From assembly GCF_018977255.1 (NCBI RefSeq), contig NW_024704742.1, forward strand, positions 20,586,001 to 20,650,000: a stretch of 64,000 nt of DNA, written 5' to 3'. A program made the position numbers and the translations under genes. Below, piece by piece: positions 37,430 to 50,504 of the stretch. Position 1 is the first letter of the stretch. Each line of letters opens with the position of its first letter. The notes beneath the pieces were generated by a model. The model searched no databases. It was not told where the DNA came from and saw nothing but the letters and a program-made list of their open reading frames with translations. Origin of the DNA: Callorhinchus milii (lineage: Eukaryota).

Positions 37430-37990
37430 CCTGAAGTCCTCCAAGTAAAAGGTAGATGCTAAGGATCCCATTGCATGATAGGGTGCTGTGGGAATTTTCC
37501 ATCACCATTGATAACATGTGCTTGGCGATCCTTTTCCATTTGCATATTGATAGAGTAACAGGTTAAAAAAAGCTGCAGAATTCTCAAGGTGCTGCAATGG
37601 TGACGTGTAAAGTCTGTAGCACCCTACTAGCAATGCCATACACACATGCTTCCTCTGCACCTTCTGTCAGCAGCTTGTACTCATGTGTATTTCGTCAACG
37701 ATTACATTTGCGACATTTGTAAGGCAGCATGACACAGAAGCTTCAAACATTCTTCATAAGTACCAATGGGTGACTGAGAGCAACTGTATCACAGTCGTTC
37801 AAAAGAATGGTCACGTTCCTTGCCAGTGGCAGAGCAGTCTTCATCACTGACTTAACTTACAAATCTTCAGAGACAAGTGGTGGCAAAGCTCTGCTTCTGC
37901 CCTAACCTCCTCGGGCGTTTCTTCCCTGTTATAGTGAGGTAACTCATGTTTATTGCAGTGCACCCAATTTCTGGAATTGGTATCCTCTGG
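37430..37990 (-). pseudogene. Decayed PIF/Harbinger transposase relic
   Basis: Minus strand in order: AELCHHL, KTALPLARNVTILLND (37795-37840; cf. TALPVAVKVTxALNF), a decayed catalytic region, YSINMQ (37536-37557), KFP...IL. Confidence 0.6.
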
Positions 37991-38604
37991 GCATTGTTCA
38001 ATTTCAAGAACATCCTTAGTCCTAGATATTGCATCTTCTGTCTCCTCCAATATCAAATACCTGATAATCTGTGCAATGCCTTTACTGTCACACATAGGTA
38101 CATTGTGTTTCCTGCATTTGCTTTTCATAGGTCGCTGATACCTGACCCAATCTCAATCAAAGAGGAAAAGAACAATGTGGAGATATCTTCAGCTGCATAT
38201 AGATTTCTCAGTGTAGTTCCCAACTATCATTTGCAGCTAGAAGCAAAAGGCCATTTCTGCATATCCCACCTTTATGATTTTCTATCAAAATTCATTATGC
38301 TATTACTGTACACCCACTTGAAAATGTTTTTCCCTGATAGAATTTGCGAAATTGGGATTACAATTGGAATTTCAAAAGAATTGAACTTGGCAGAAAAAAA
38401 TACTTTCACGTCATTTGAAAACCCTCCAGAAGTATACTGCATTCATCCCAGTTTGAGCATCTGAGATTCGACTATTTCTCATGGTCTTAGCCTCAGATTG
38501 TCTTGATAACCTTGTGCTTATACTTCATATTTGGCTGCAAATCTTTCTGACTGCGATGGTGATTACCAGCAAATATTATTGTATAATACAAGTTATATGT
38601 CACC

Positions 38605-39000
38605 TTGAATTGATTGGTAGCACTCTCAACTCTGCAGTTGAAGACTGTCGGTTCAAGCTCCATGCCAGGACTTGACCTCACAGTCTAAGCTGACATTCCT
38701 GCATTGTTGCCAGTGTCACCCTTCAGATGAGACATTAAAACATAGGTCTTATCTGCCTGTCTAGGTAGATGCTAAGAATTCCATTGCACGATTTGAAAAG
38801 AGAAGAGAGTTTCTTCTGGGGTCGTGGCCAAAATTCCTCAAAAACAAGTTCACGCCACTTCAAGGCTGTTAGTGGGACATTGTTCCATAGAAAATTGCTA
38901 ATGTATTTGCCTAAAAATACACAGTTACTACACAGGACATGCAATAGTGTATAAACGTATTCCTACGTGAAAGGTGTTATACAAATGTAAATTGCATTGT
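38605..39000 (+). mobile_element. Deu-domain SINE family B, near full length
   Basis: ttggtagcactctc head, cagatgagacattaaa, tail cgtgaaaggtgttatacaaatg. Confidence 0.8.
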
Positions 39001-39669
39001 AGCAACTTAAGCAAAATTAAGATGTGTCTATACATGCTACTAATGAAGGCATTATTATAGACGGAGCACCCACCCAGTTTGGGATGCGGAAATTATGGGT
39101 TAATTTATTGCCACAGGAGGTGCCCTCTCCATTCTCTTATTCCCACTCCAGTGGGAACTACCATTTTTGCAGTAAACAAACAGCAGCTGGCAATGCTACA
39201 CTAATTCTGAGTTTGAAACAAAGGTCACCCTCAGCACTCTCCCTAAAGTTTCAGCAGTATTTCTAGCGTAGAAATGTAGTGTGGTGGGGGTTGGTGACTG
39301 CTGTTCAGTCTATGTTATCCAAAACTTGAGAAGTGGGATGGATGGATGGAGACAAATGCTTAGCGAGACCAAGAAACAAATAAATTGCATATGGGGTGAC
39401 TAAGTCACTGAATCACAATTCACAATATCAATATGAGTGAATTCACAAGATCACAAGATTGGTCTGCATGAAGAAGGCCCTTTTGAGTAATCAAAAAGTC
39501 ATGTTATTGTTTCAGCAAAATTAAACTGTTTCAAAGGAAAACCAAATAAATAATTTACAGAAATGTATACTAATACCAATCATTCTTTTGCATCTGAAAA
39601 CATTGACACCAATGTGTAGTATCTGTGTAATTTATAAGTAAATAAAGTAGCAATCTATATGAACCATTG

Positions 39670-39890
39670 TCCCAAATCTGCGCAAACCAGTGTCCCACCA
39701 TCAGCCATGAAATGAATGACCAATTTTATTTGTGGATCACTGCTGTGCGCAATTGGCTGCCGCGTTTCGCCAATAAAATATACGGTCAATTCACTTGACA
39801 GTATAGTCTGTGAAGCACCTTGAGACGTCTAGAAGATGTGATAAGGCACTATATCAAATGCAAGGATTACCAAATGTAAGGATTATTAAC
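39670..39890. mobile_element. Fold-back SINE fragments (minus then plus)
   Basis: 39670-39731 is minus-strand SINE body; 39728-39890 is plus-strand body and tail covering the same segment. Confidence 0.7.
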
Positions 39891-40689
39891 TGAGCCAGAC
39901 TGTCACCTACGGAGTGTTATTCTAAATTAATAGAAGGATTATATGGAGGTGGGGGGTGGGGGAGGGGGTGAGGGTGGGGGGTCAAAGAAGCAGAGGATTG
40001 TGTAATGTCTTCTGCACTACTCAGTAATCCATGAAATGCTATGAAAAACCTAACAGTGAAGCATAATTTAAGAATAAATGAAAAATCAATGTATAATCCT
40101 TCAACCCCCAATTTCAATCATTCCATCTTACTTTTGCGCTTTCTTGTTGTATTATCTAAATTATCCATCTTAGTCTGGAGATAATGTATTGCTATTCTAA
40201 ATAGCCCAACTTGTCAGTGACATGTGGCTTTGTTCTGAAGGGCTTTAATTATATCTGACCCAGCTGTACTGAAAACTTTTGCTGAGCGATACAGCCTTTC
40301 ATAGTGTTGTTCCGTATTCAGCTACGAGATTTCATTATACAAATTTAAATTCAGGTATTTTCTCCTTATAAACTAGAAAAAGAAAATCCTTCAGTTGGTG
40401 CTCGAATTTTTTTTGCGTTGTGACTAAGATTAAAATCTTTTCTTTACTATGATAATACATTTCTATTTGAAAAGGATATCACATTTACATTTAAATAGTT
40501 TAGATGTCTTTACACAGCGGCAAGTTTAAAAGGCTCCAGGTAAATAAATGGGCATTTCTCATGAGAAGGCATGCTGTGTGGATGTCTTTTAAAATAGAAG
40601 TTGAAAGGAATCACAAGAACCAATTGCTAACAGAATTTCACACTCAAAAAAGTTAAATTCAACCAGCTGAAAAATAGAAAATGTGGAAG

Positions 40690-40822
40690 AACAAGGAGAG
40701 GGAATAGAGGGGCATGGGAAGAGTGGATTAGGAGAGTGGAGGCTCAAGTGGACTATAAACACTGGGACAGACTAGTTGGCCTAAAGGCCTGTTTCCATGA
40801 TGTACGATCTATGTAATTCCAT
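40690..40822 (+). mobile_element. Old CR1 3' UTR
   Basis: taaacactgggacagactagttggcctaaaggcctgtttcc; similar at 11245-11295. Confidence 0.55.
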
Positions 40823-41857
40823 ATAACAACTAATGACAGCCATTTGTTTTCTTGTTATGTTATGTATCTCATGGTTTTTAAGTAGCCAAATGAGTAGCCT
40901 GCCTCTGTGTGCATAACCTGAGAGTTGTGACATCATGGGTGGTTGCTGAGGGTTTCATTTGAGGACTGTTTGATACATTACTAGATGAATATTCTGATAA
41001 TAAAATAATCATCCTTACATTTGGTATTGTGTCTTTCACTTCAGCAGGACATTTCAAAATGTTTCACAGAATATAATATAAATTGTAATGACTGAGTATT
41101 TTGCAGATGAATGTGAAATGCCAATTTGCACACAGCAATGTCTCACAAACAGTTACAGTTCTAGAAGTTGAACTTTTAATATTGTGTAATTTTCCTTTAG
41201 AAATGCAATATAATTCCTTAATGGCACCCTTTCATGAGTCGGCCATTTTTCTGAAGTGATGGCTTTTAACAGCCTGTTACAGTCTTCCATCAACACCTTA
41301 ATTGTCTCTCAAATTGTTTCATCTTATTAAGACCGGAATGAATCTTGTAAAACAGTCCAAAGTGGCAGAGACTAAGTAGAGACTGTAATTTAATCGACAG
41401 TGTCAAAATAAAATGTTAGTAAACCACTCAGCTTTGTTCTTGTGATTTATGGCCTAACCTGAACCCTCTTCAATAAAATTGCCAATTATTCCAACCATGC
41501 ACATTACACAAGTCTTTCAGACTGTGCCTCTTATTGTATTCTTCAGCCAATGTATGTTCGCACTTAAGTTTCTTAATTTTATTGTTTTTTTCATGCTCCT
41601 TATTTAAACTTTAGACATTGAGCATTAATAAAATATTGATGCCCTGGTTGAGAGTTTTGTTGGCTATCAGTTAAAATGAACAAACTGGTAACTGGTAACA
41701 AACTGCCGCCTTTTAAAGTCCTTAACATGCAGCGGAAAATAAAGACCATGACTGTATAAGTTATTATTTTCTGTTTTTCTTTACTTTAACTATTAACATT
41801 AAGTAACTCTTATGTTAGATTCAATTCAGAGATCCCTTTCTATTGTTTTAACAACAT

Positions 41858-42233
41858 AATAATAATAATAATAATAATCATAATCCTTGCATTCGATATA
41901 GCGCCTTATCACATCATTGAGACATCTCAAATCATTTAACAGAATATACCATAATGTGATTGACTGGATATTGTATGGCCGTAATGCAGCAGCCAATTGC
42001 ACACAGCAGTGTCTCATAAACAATTATGGATTGAGGGATCAAATTTTTTTTAAAAAGGATTATTACCCCGGAAATGATCCGCCAATCGACTAACTAGGTT
42101 CCTACTTACTGCTATGTAACCAGAGACATATGGTGTAAGGAATCTTGCCTAAGGTTTCACCCTTACAGGGAATCGAACATGGGTCCTCTTGCTTGCGAGG
42201 TGAGTGCTCTAACCAATTTGCTACAGGAATCCA
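41858..42233 (-). mobile_element. SINE family A long form, full length
   Basis: Reverse complement of 13919-14280 from the (AAT)n tail to the tRNA head. Confidence 0.9.
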
Positions 42234-43349
42234 TTCTGCAATCTTATTAGGAATTTGTTTTGTTAATATACTACAATTTCATAGCTTTCCAGATGGGACT
42301 GAATGTAGACAAGGTCATTTAATATAGTATTCTTAACAACTTGAAGATGCTATGTTGACTGGCTTTGAACTCAGGTCCCAGTGTGAAACCTATTCCATCA
42401 CTTTAATCCCTGCTGTGGGCATTCTTCAAAAATGCTGAAAGGGTGAAAATAACAGTATTTCACACCACATTGAACGAGTTATAAAACATTACTAACATAC
42501 CTCGATAGAGTATTGTGAATTCAGCTGCCAACATTGATGCAACAATTCTAGAATTTAATTTTCTGGTTTGCTTTTGCAGCCACTACTTTTTTTTATCGTC
42601 ATTAATGTTCTCTTCAATAATGTGAGTATACTTTATTCACTATTCGCTTACAAATATATAGTCACTACTATCCGAAAGATCCTGTAAAATCCTTTGAGGG
42701 GTTTTGCCGATGTGATGAAGCTCTCCAGTAAAACTCACTTAAATCTGAACTGTGTAATCTGTATAATTGCCTAAATTGTACATCTGCACAAACGCACTTA
42801 CCTGCCTTGAAGCAGCATTCCCAATGCTCCACGTGAAACAGTTATAGGAAACTAATTCACGATCCGTCATGCACGCTTACCAGCTGCACACGCAGAACAG
42901 TGAACAAATACGGAAGACAAGGTTTTTACCAGCCATCAAGGCACCAGGCAACAGAGATACACCAAGGACCTGTATCGGGAGAAATACCAGATTCTCCAAT
43001 TTTGGAGGCAAATCCTGAAATGAAAAGAAGGACATTGCCTCCAAATTTGATTTCAAGCCACAGACTTTGAATGGGGGCGATCAGGCAGAGTGAATTGAGA
43101 GTTTATGTCTGGCTAAATATTTTCTTAAAAAGTGATTGATAATTCATAGTTACAGTGTTAATCCTGTAATTCTACTAAAACCTTTCTGCTTCGAAACTTG
43201 TTTGTTTTTGCCATTAATTGCACAGTACATGTTTTCTGCAATGAGGTCCAGTACTGTGCAATAATGTTTATGTGTAACATATAGGGTTTCTGCCCAATAT
43301 TTAAGTCATTCACTTTCTAATTGATGGTCTATGTGGTTCCTTTATTGTT

Positions 43350-43740
43350 CAGAATGAAGTCTGTAGACTGACTGAGGCTTCTGTATAACAGTGTTCTTTC
43401 ATGTCACAGCACGTAGGCCACTTTTGTTCTTCTATAACCTGTGTATGTTGTCGGCATAGTGCATGAGGCTTCTTTGAAGATTCAGACTTCTCTGAAGTAA
43501 TGTCTGTTGCAGCTTCGGTTGAGATTTGCTGAGTGTCATTTTGTTGTCATTAGTTTCCCCATCCTAAGAAATATGTTCACTTGTTCAAGGCCATCAACTG
43601 TTAGCACAGACTTGTGAACCAGGTATTGTGCTGTAAAGTTCACTTGAAATCTAGGTTTTGCTTTCGAGTATTTTGCTGCAGTGCAGTCTACTGGGTCTGT
43701 GTTTATCAGTTGCTTTCTTGTTATTGTGTTACTTGCCAAC
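43350..43740 (-). mobile_element. Possible RTE-like non-LTR relic
   Basis: AAKY..QVN...LTVDGLEQVNIF followed by an LLY-like segment loosely resembles the post-RT region of RTE-clade LINEs; heavily decayed. Confidence 0.3.
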
Positions 43741-44144
43741 TACATTGTCATTGCTTTCTGTATCAGGGGAGCTACTCGATTCCAGACAGCTCTACCCTTC
43801 TGCCGAACAAGACTCCAGCTAATCCATTTATAAATATATATCTTTCAAAAGAATTCTATCTGGAATTTTTTGCCCCTTTCCTCTCACGAAGGTTTGGCCC
43901 CTTTTATCCTCTACTGTGCTACTGTTTCACAGACATCAGTCATTTTCTTATACTTACCTACATGGCCATCATTTTTTTTATTATGTAAGCTTTAACAGTG
44001 AGAGTTGGCAGCCTATTCAACCACAGGGGTACCACAGCTGAGTTGAAAGCTGCCCTCACCTGATGCTCAAGCATATGTACCTTTCAGTGGGAGTCCCTAG
44101 ATAGCAGTTAGGAACAAGACTGAGTTTCAACTCAGTGAGTTTCA

Positions 44145-44358
44145 ACACAGGTTTAGAGTTGCAACAGGTAATTTAAGGACAGACACCAGGAAGTAATTCT
44201 TTACCCTAAAGGTAATTACCAGTTGCAACAGGTTGCCAGGAAGGGTGATTGAGACCAGGAAGCTTGATGCTGTGATAGGAAGGGTGGTACTGTTGAAGAA
44301 TGTGATCAAATGGGCCAAAGGGCCTTCTTCATCTGAACCAACCTTTTGTTCTTGTGAA
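44145..44358 (+). mobile_element. Old CR1 3' end (cttgtgat tail family)
   Basis: HRFRVATGNLRTDTRK...NRLPGRVIE; gggccaaagggccttcttcatc. Confidence 0.7.
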
Positions 44359-45839
44359 ATGTTACACACAAGATATCAATATTTTAGGAAACAGAAAAAT
44401 ATAATTCCAGAAGGTAATTCAGTGTGCTTTTTCACAATAACCTGAACCTGTTTAGCCAGCTCGGCCCTGGCCCAGTGAACAATGTTGTCAATGATGAATT
44501 CAGCTCCCTAGATAATCTCTTCTTTCAGTTCTAATGTAATGATGCAAATATAACTCTTATATTATTTATAACTGTATTCAAATATAATTATCTCTATATT
44601 CACAGATCTTGTAAAATAAAGAAGAAAGGCATGACTAACAGATAGAGACTGAGAACTGTGGATAACAGGGCTAAATGGGCAGCAGTGACTACAAAAGCCC
44701 ACATTTCCCACTATCATTCATCCACATGAGACTGCACTTGTTTAGATATAAGGGAATACTCAAAAATACAGCTTCAAGGTTTAACAATTAAATTAGAGTT
44801 TATAGTATGCTACATAAAATATACTGTAACCCATAAATGAAAATGACCCGAATGACTAAAAAAAAATGGGATTTGAGTTTCTGGAGATCATTTCGTTTAC
44901 GTCATATTTTGTAGAGCTCATAATTGATATGATCTCTAAAGTAATTCTGTTACAATATGGTTTCTTAGGATATAATTTATCTGTTTGAACACTTTCAGTG
45001 CTTTGCAACGTGCTCCTGATATGAAAGATCCTATATAAATGTTGCTGTTGCTGCTTGTAGCTTCAGAATACCCAAATACCAGGCTAGAATTCCCTCACCG
45101 CCCCCCCAAAAAAACACAAACGGGAAATCAGAAGTATAAAAATCATTATTCTACTCTAATTTCAAAATAGGATGTCTTTCATTGAATTTTATTTTCAGTT
45201 TGATGTAAAATTACTATTATTGAAGGTCATTCTCTGTGCCCTCCCCCATCAATCACAAACAGTAAAAATTCCACAGATGTAATCTTTCATGGAGGCATCA
45301 TTTTTGCCACATTCAGTAAGAAAGCTACGACATTGTATGGACTGTAATGGATACACCATGTTGAATAAAATCATTGATTTTTATTGTATCGCACAGATCC
45401 AAATGGAGTAAAATAACTCACTATGTATGAAGAATATACATTTTAAACTATGCCTCAGTGACTGGAGATCTACTTGCCCCTGTCATACCCATGTTGTTTC
45501 AGTAATTTATGGAGATTTATTTAACCTTATGTTTTAAAATGTTTAAAAATAATCCCCCCAAAGGCCTTTTGATATAACACTGCCATGTTTGTAGCACAGC
45601 TGTACTGAGGATACACACTAACCAGATGCATGGTAACACCCAGCTTCTAGTGCAGGGTACCAGGTTACCTGTGTTAAAAATGTCTGACCTCGAGATTGTT
45701 ACGACACTGCTGATATCATTCCATGTGATATCACTTCTAATGATATCAGTGGTGACATGACAACCCAGCAGTCAGCCATTTTTTCCACAACTCATTAATA
45801 ACACAACTACTGAGGCATTGGATCCAGTCAACCTGACTA

Positions 45840-45957
45840 TAATAATCCTTGCATTTGATACAACGCCTTATCATGTCTTCGCGATGTCTCAAAGTGCTTT
45901 ACAGAATATACTGTAAATATATCTTATGGGCGAAACGCGGCAGCCAATTGTGCACAC
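45840..45957 (-). mobile_element. SINE 3' part abutting an L2 tail
   Basis: Tail through cagccaattgtgcaca, then the L2 (AAC)n tail begins. Confidence 0.85.
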
Positions 45958-48358
45958 CAACAACAAACATCAACAAAATTACATTTGTATAGCACCTTTC
46001 ACGTCATGAGGACGTCCCAAGGTGCTGGACAGACAGAGTTATGGACCTGAGTTGAGGGTCAGGGTGGGGGAGGGCAGGGGGGGAAGCAAGGAGATCGAAA
46101 GCACGGTCGAACAGGAGGGTCTTGAGGTGGGTCTTGAAGGTGGTGAGGGAGGGGACGAGACGGAGGGACTGTGGTTAGGAGTTCCACAGTGTAGGTGCAG
46201 AGTGGCGGAAGACCCACCCGCCGATAGTGGGGCGAGCAAGGCAGGGGACGTGAAGCAGGCCGGAGCCCACTGAACAGAGGGAGCGAACAGGGTGGTAGGG
46301 GGTTAGGAGGTTGAAGAGGTAGGAGGGAGCAAGACCGTGGAGGGCTTTGAAAGTGAGGACTAGGATCTTGAACTGTATCCTCTGTGTGATGGGAAACCAG
46401 TGGAGTTGGGCAAGGATGGGGGTGATAGGGTCGCGGAGCCTAGTGCGGGAGAGGACACGGGCTGCAGAGTTCTGGATGATCTGCAGCCTGTTGAAGGAGG
46501 AGTTGGAGAGGCCGACAAGCAGTGAGTTTGCATAGTCGAGCCTCGATGTAATGAATGCGTGTATGAGGGTTTTGGCGTCCTGCGGTGTGAAACAGTGTCG
46601 GAGTCGGGTGACGTTGCGGAGGTGGGAAAGGCAGAGCAGGTCATGGTGCAGATGTGGGGTAGAAAGGATAGTTGAGGGTCAAACAAGTCCCCAAGGTTCT
46701 GGACTGACTTAGCAATGGTGGAGTGTGCATCCATGGATGGTGATGCTCTCAGTGCCTGAGGTGTGGAGGCCCTGACGGGAGCCAATCAGGAGAGCCTCGG
46801 TCTTGTTGACGTTCAACTGTAGAAAGTTAGCTCGCATCCAGGACTTGATGTCTGACAGACATTCTGTCAGCACAGCAGTGGTCCTGGAGTCAAGGGTGGA
46901 GGCAGAGAGGTAGAGTTGAGTGTTATCCGCATACATGTGGAAGTTGACCTCATGTCTGTAGATGATGTCCCCAAGAGGGAGCGTGTAGATGTTGAAGAGG
47001 AGGCGACCAGGACAGAGCCCTGAGGAACGTTGCATGAGACGGTCCGGGGGCTAGAGGAGAAGCCATATGAGGAGATGAAGTGCAGGCAGTATGGGAGGTA
47101 CGATCTGAACCAATCACTGTGGAGATTGAGGTGTGAGGAGAGGCGGTGGATGAGGATAGAGTGGCTGACGGTGTCGAAAGCAGCAGAGATGTCAAGGAGG
47201 ATGAGAAGGCAGAGGGAGTCCTGGTAGCAGATGGACAGAATGTCATTTGTCACTTTGATCAGGGCGGTTTCTGTGCTGTGGGTGGCACGGAAGACCGATT
47301 GGAGGCATTTGAGAAGGGAGTGGCGGGAGAGGAAGGAGCGAAGCTGAGAAGCAACAATTCATTCTAGGACCTTGGAAAGGAAGGGGAGGTTGGAGATGGG
47401 GCAGTAGTTAGGGAGTAGAGAAGGGACCAGGGAGGGTTTTTTAGGGATAGGAGTGACAACAGCATTATTTAAAGGGGTGGGAACAGTACCAGAGGACAAG
47501 GAGAGGTTAACAATGTTAGTGAGTAGAGGGGCAAGGAGCTGGAAGGTAAGGAGAGGGGTAGGGATGGGTTTGAGGAGCAGGTGGTGGGTTTCATACAGAT
47601 TATGGTGGTGATGAGAGAGGAGGGGAGACGGGTTCAAAGGTGCAGAGTGGGGGTGGGTAGGGGCTGGCGTGGGAGGAGGAGATGGGGAGGGGGTAGGCAG
47701 TTGCAGTGGCAGAGGCAGCTGAGCGGATTCCCTCGACTTTGGATTCAAGGTGTCCAGCATCGCCTCGCAGTTGGCATTTGAGGTGAGGATGGGTGAGGCA
47801 TGACAGGGTGGGTGGAGGAATCAGTTCATGATGGAGAAGAGGAGCCTGGGGTTGTCCTTAACCTCCAAGATTGTCTTGGAGTAGAACGACGATTTAGCGG
47901 AGGCGAGAGCAGAGTGGTAGGATTTGAGGTGTTCCAGTCAAATCTGCCAGTGGACAGTTAGGTTTGGTTTAAGCCAGGTGTGCTCAGCAGAACGCACCTG
48001 GGCTTTAAGGGAGCAGAGATGGCTGGTGTACCAAGGTGATTTACATGAGTAGGAGACAGTTTGGGAAGAGAGGGGAGCGAGCGAATCGAGAGTGGAGGAA
48101 AGGGAGCTGTGGAGAAAGGTGACCGAGGAGGATAGGTCATTGCGCGAGGATGCCCAGAGGAGAAGGAGTTCAGATGACTCCAAGACAGTTGAGAGGGAGG
48201 TGAGGGGAGGGAGAATTTTTTCCAGGGGCGGTACGAGATTGAGGTGAGTTGAGTGGTGGTGGGGAGAGGGATTGAGGAGTCAAGGGAGATGAAGTGATGG
48301 TCCGAGATTGCTTTGTCGATGATGGTGAGGTCCGAGATAGTGAGGCCCTGAGTGATCA
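45958..48358 (-). mobile_element. L2 LINE, 2.4 kb 5'-truncated copy (endonuclease C-terminus, RT, 3' tail), disrupted
   Basis: ISDHHFISL at about 48290; NYCPISNLPFLSKVLE; LILLDISAAFDTVSH; VPQGSVL; HMYADNTQLY (YADD changed to YADN); many frameshifts. Confidence 0.95.
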
Positions 48359-48593
48359 GCCATGCTATAATGAGATTTCCCTAGATAAGGAATTCGGACT
48401 ATCAGAATTTGTTTGTTATACAATAAAGTTGTTTGTCAAATATGTTGCTTAACCAGATCTTAAAGATTCACATCTAAATTCCACTCGCAAACAAGAATGT
48501 TTTGGGGTTATCATCCTTGCATTTCGGCAAGTTATTTATTATGTTTTGCTTTTAGATTCAGTTGGTGGCGCAAACCCACTTTGCATGTAATTC

Positions 48594-48799
48594 CTGGTCA
48601 AATAGATAGACAGATGGACAGATGACCAGATCCAAGGTTTACACGATCAAAGATAAATAAATTGAAGTTCTCCCAACAATGCTCTGTGGCAGTGAATAAT
48701 CCTTGATCAAATCGACAGACAGATGACCTGATCCAAGGTCACAAGTTCACAAGATTAATAAATTGAAGCTCTCCTAACAATGCTCGTGGCAGTGAATAA
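48594..48799 (+). repeat. About 100-bp tandem duplication at a CR1 5' junction
   Basis: gacagatgaccagatccaagg...caatgctctgtggcagtgaataa (48594-48698) repeated at 48703-48799. Confidence 0.85.
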
Positions 48800-49444
48800 A
48801 GCAAACCAGATGTTGGGATGTCTCAAAAGATCAGTAGCAAGCCGAAATGATGAGGTAATCCTGCCACTGTATAAATCATTGGTGAGACCATACTTAAGAG
48901 TAATGTGTACAGTTCTGGTCGCCGCAGTACCAAAAGGATATTGAAGAAATCAAGAAGGTTCAGAGGAGGGCAACCAGAATGATTGAGGGAATGGAAAGTC
49001 TGGACTATGAGGAGTGACTAAGTAAATTGGGCATTTTCACACTGGAAAAGAGAAGATTGAGAGGTGACATAATTACCGTCTTTAAGATTCTAAAGGGGCA
49101 AAACAATATAGATCATGACAGGCTGTTTCAACTTATCCAGAATAGTAAAACCAGAGGACATGGCCTGTGATTGAAGGGGGATAAATTTAGAACAAATCTA
49201 CGCAAACACTAATTCAGTGAGCGAATAGTGAACCTATGGAACAGGCTCCCTAGAGAGATGGTTGAAGCAGGAAGTGTTGATTCTTTGAAACACAGATAAG
49301 TTAATTTTATTTTAGGAAATAACATCATGAGATATAATACTTAGGTAATTTGGGACATATGTGCATGTGACAGGAAGGTGGAAGGCGAACTAGATGGACC
49401 TTGGTCTTTTTTTGTCTAGCATTTCTTACGTTCTTATTTTCTTA
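48740..49444 (+). mobile_element. CR1 3' fragment (same family as 23284-23812)
   Basis: KANQMLGCLKRS..LYKSLVRP..VQFWSP..KVQRRATRMI..EKRRLRGD; tail ttcttacgttctta. Confidence 0.93.
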
Positions 49445-50484
49445 CAAGAGCAGCTCAGGCAAAGAACCTCGCAGATTTCTTCCTGTTCCTTAATATTAAT
49501 CCTTAGATTTGACAAAGTGCCTTATCAGGGTGTCAAAATGTTGCAAAGCACCTTCAAAAGATTTTTGCTGTGAAGGATAATGACTGTTTATTTGTAGGCA
49601 AAGTTAATGCCACCCCTTGTTACGGAAGAACTAACCTGCACTCATCTTGTTGATTGCAGTCTCCCACCTCTCATAGCTGCTTTCTGCAGATCAGCTGGCT
49701 TCTTGCTCGTGTCGAAAAAAACAGGAACTCTCTTTCAGTGGGATTCTCATCGCTATAATTTGCACCTAACAACAAATATAGATTTGTTTTCTGACAAATC
49801 CCGATAATGATTTGGTAACTCAATCCATGTTGGTTTGACATTGCTGTGTGCAATTTTTAGCGCTATTCAGCCTTCCCAACTAAGAGGATTCAAAGTCAAT
49901 GTTCGCCCAAGTCTCTGCCTATACAGCTGTTGATCAGAGTACTAGGAGATGCATGAAGACAGCCAGTGGGATAGGCTTATGATTGTGTATATTATTCACC
50001 ACCCCTCCACCTCTTCCGTGGAACAAGTTAAAATCCTTTTAGTACAGGGATTTCTTGCAGGATTTAAAATCAACCCTCACTGCATTCTACATAACTACAT
50101 GTGGGGCCAAATATTTTGCATCTGGAAGACTACATATTCCTTGTTGATTCCCTGTGGCATCTTAGTAGTTCAGTGCATAATCAGGTCTGAAGTCCTTCAA
50201 GTCATTATCGATGACACACCAGCCAGTGCAATTCATCTGCAGTTCTTGGAGTTGCAAATCCGTCACTAACTTCTCACTTGTCTCCAGTCCACCCTCCAAA
50301 CTAAAGCCTTAAACTGGTCCTAGCTGGACAAGCAGTGATCAGCTTGCAATAATACAGTTGCTAAAAATCTAGCAGTACTTCAATGTAACAATTTTGGAAA
50401 CCCAAACCTTGGTTCTTGTTGACCTAAACTTTTCAGGTTTAGGTAAACAGGGTGTGTCAACACTAGATAAGTGAAAACCTTATG

Positions 50485-50504
50485 TATATATATATATATA
50501 TATA
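50485..50504. repeat. (TA)n microsatellite
   Basis: About 10 TA units. Confidence 0.9.

Noticed and set aside
40130..40390. Minus-strand exon after a strong acceptor at about 40373
   Set aside because: Stops in all three frames shortly after the acceptor.
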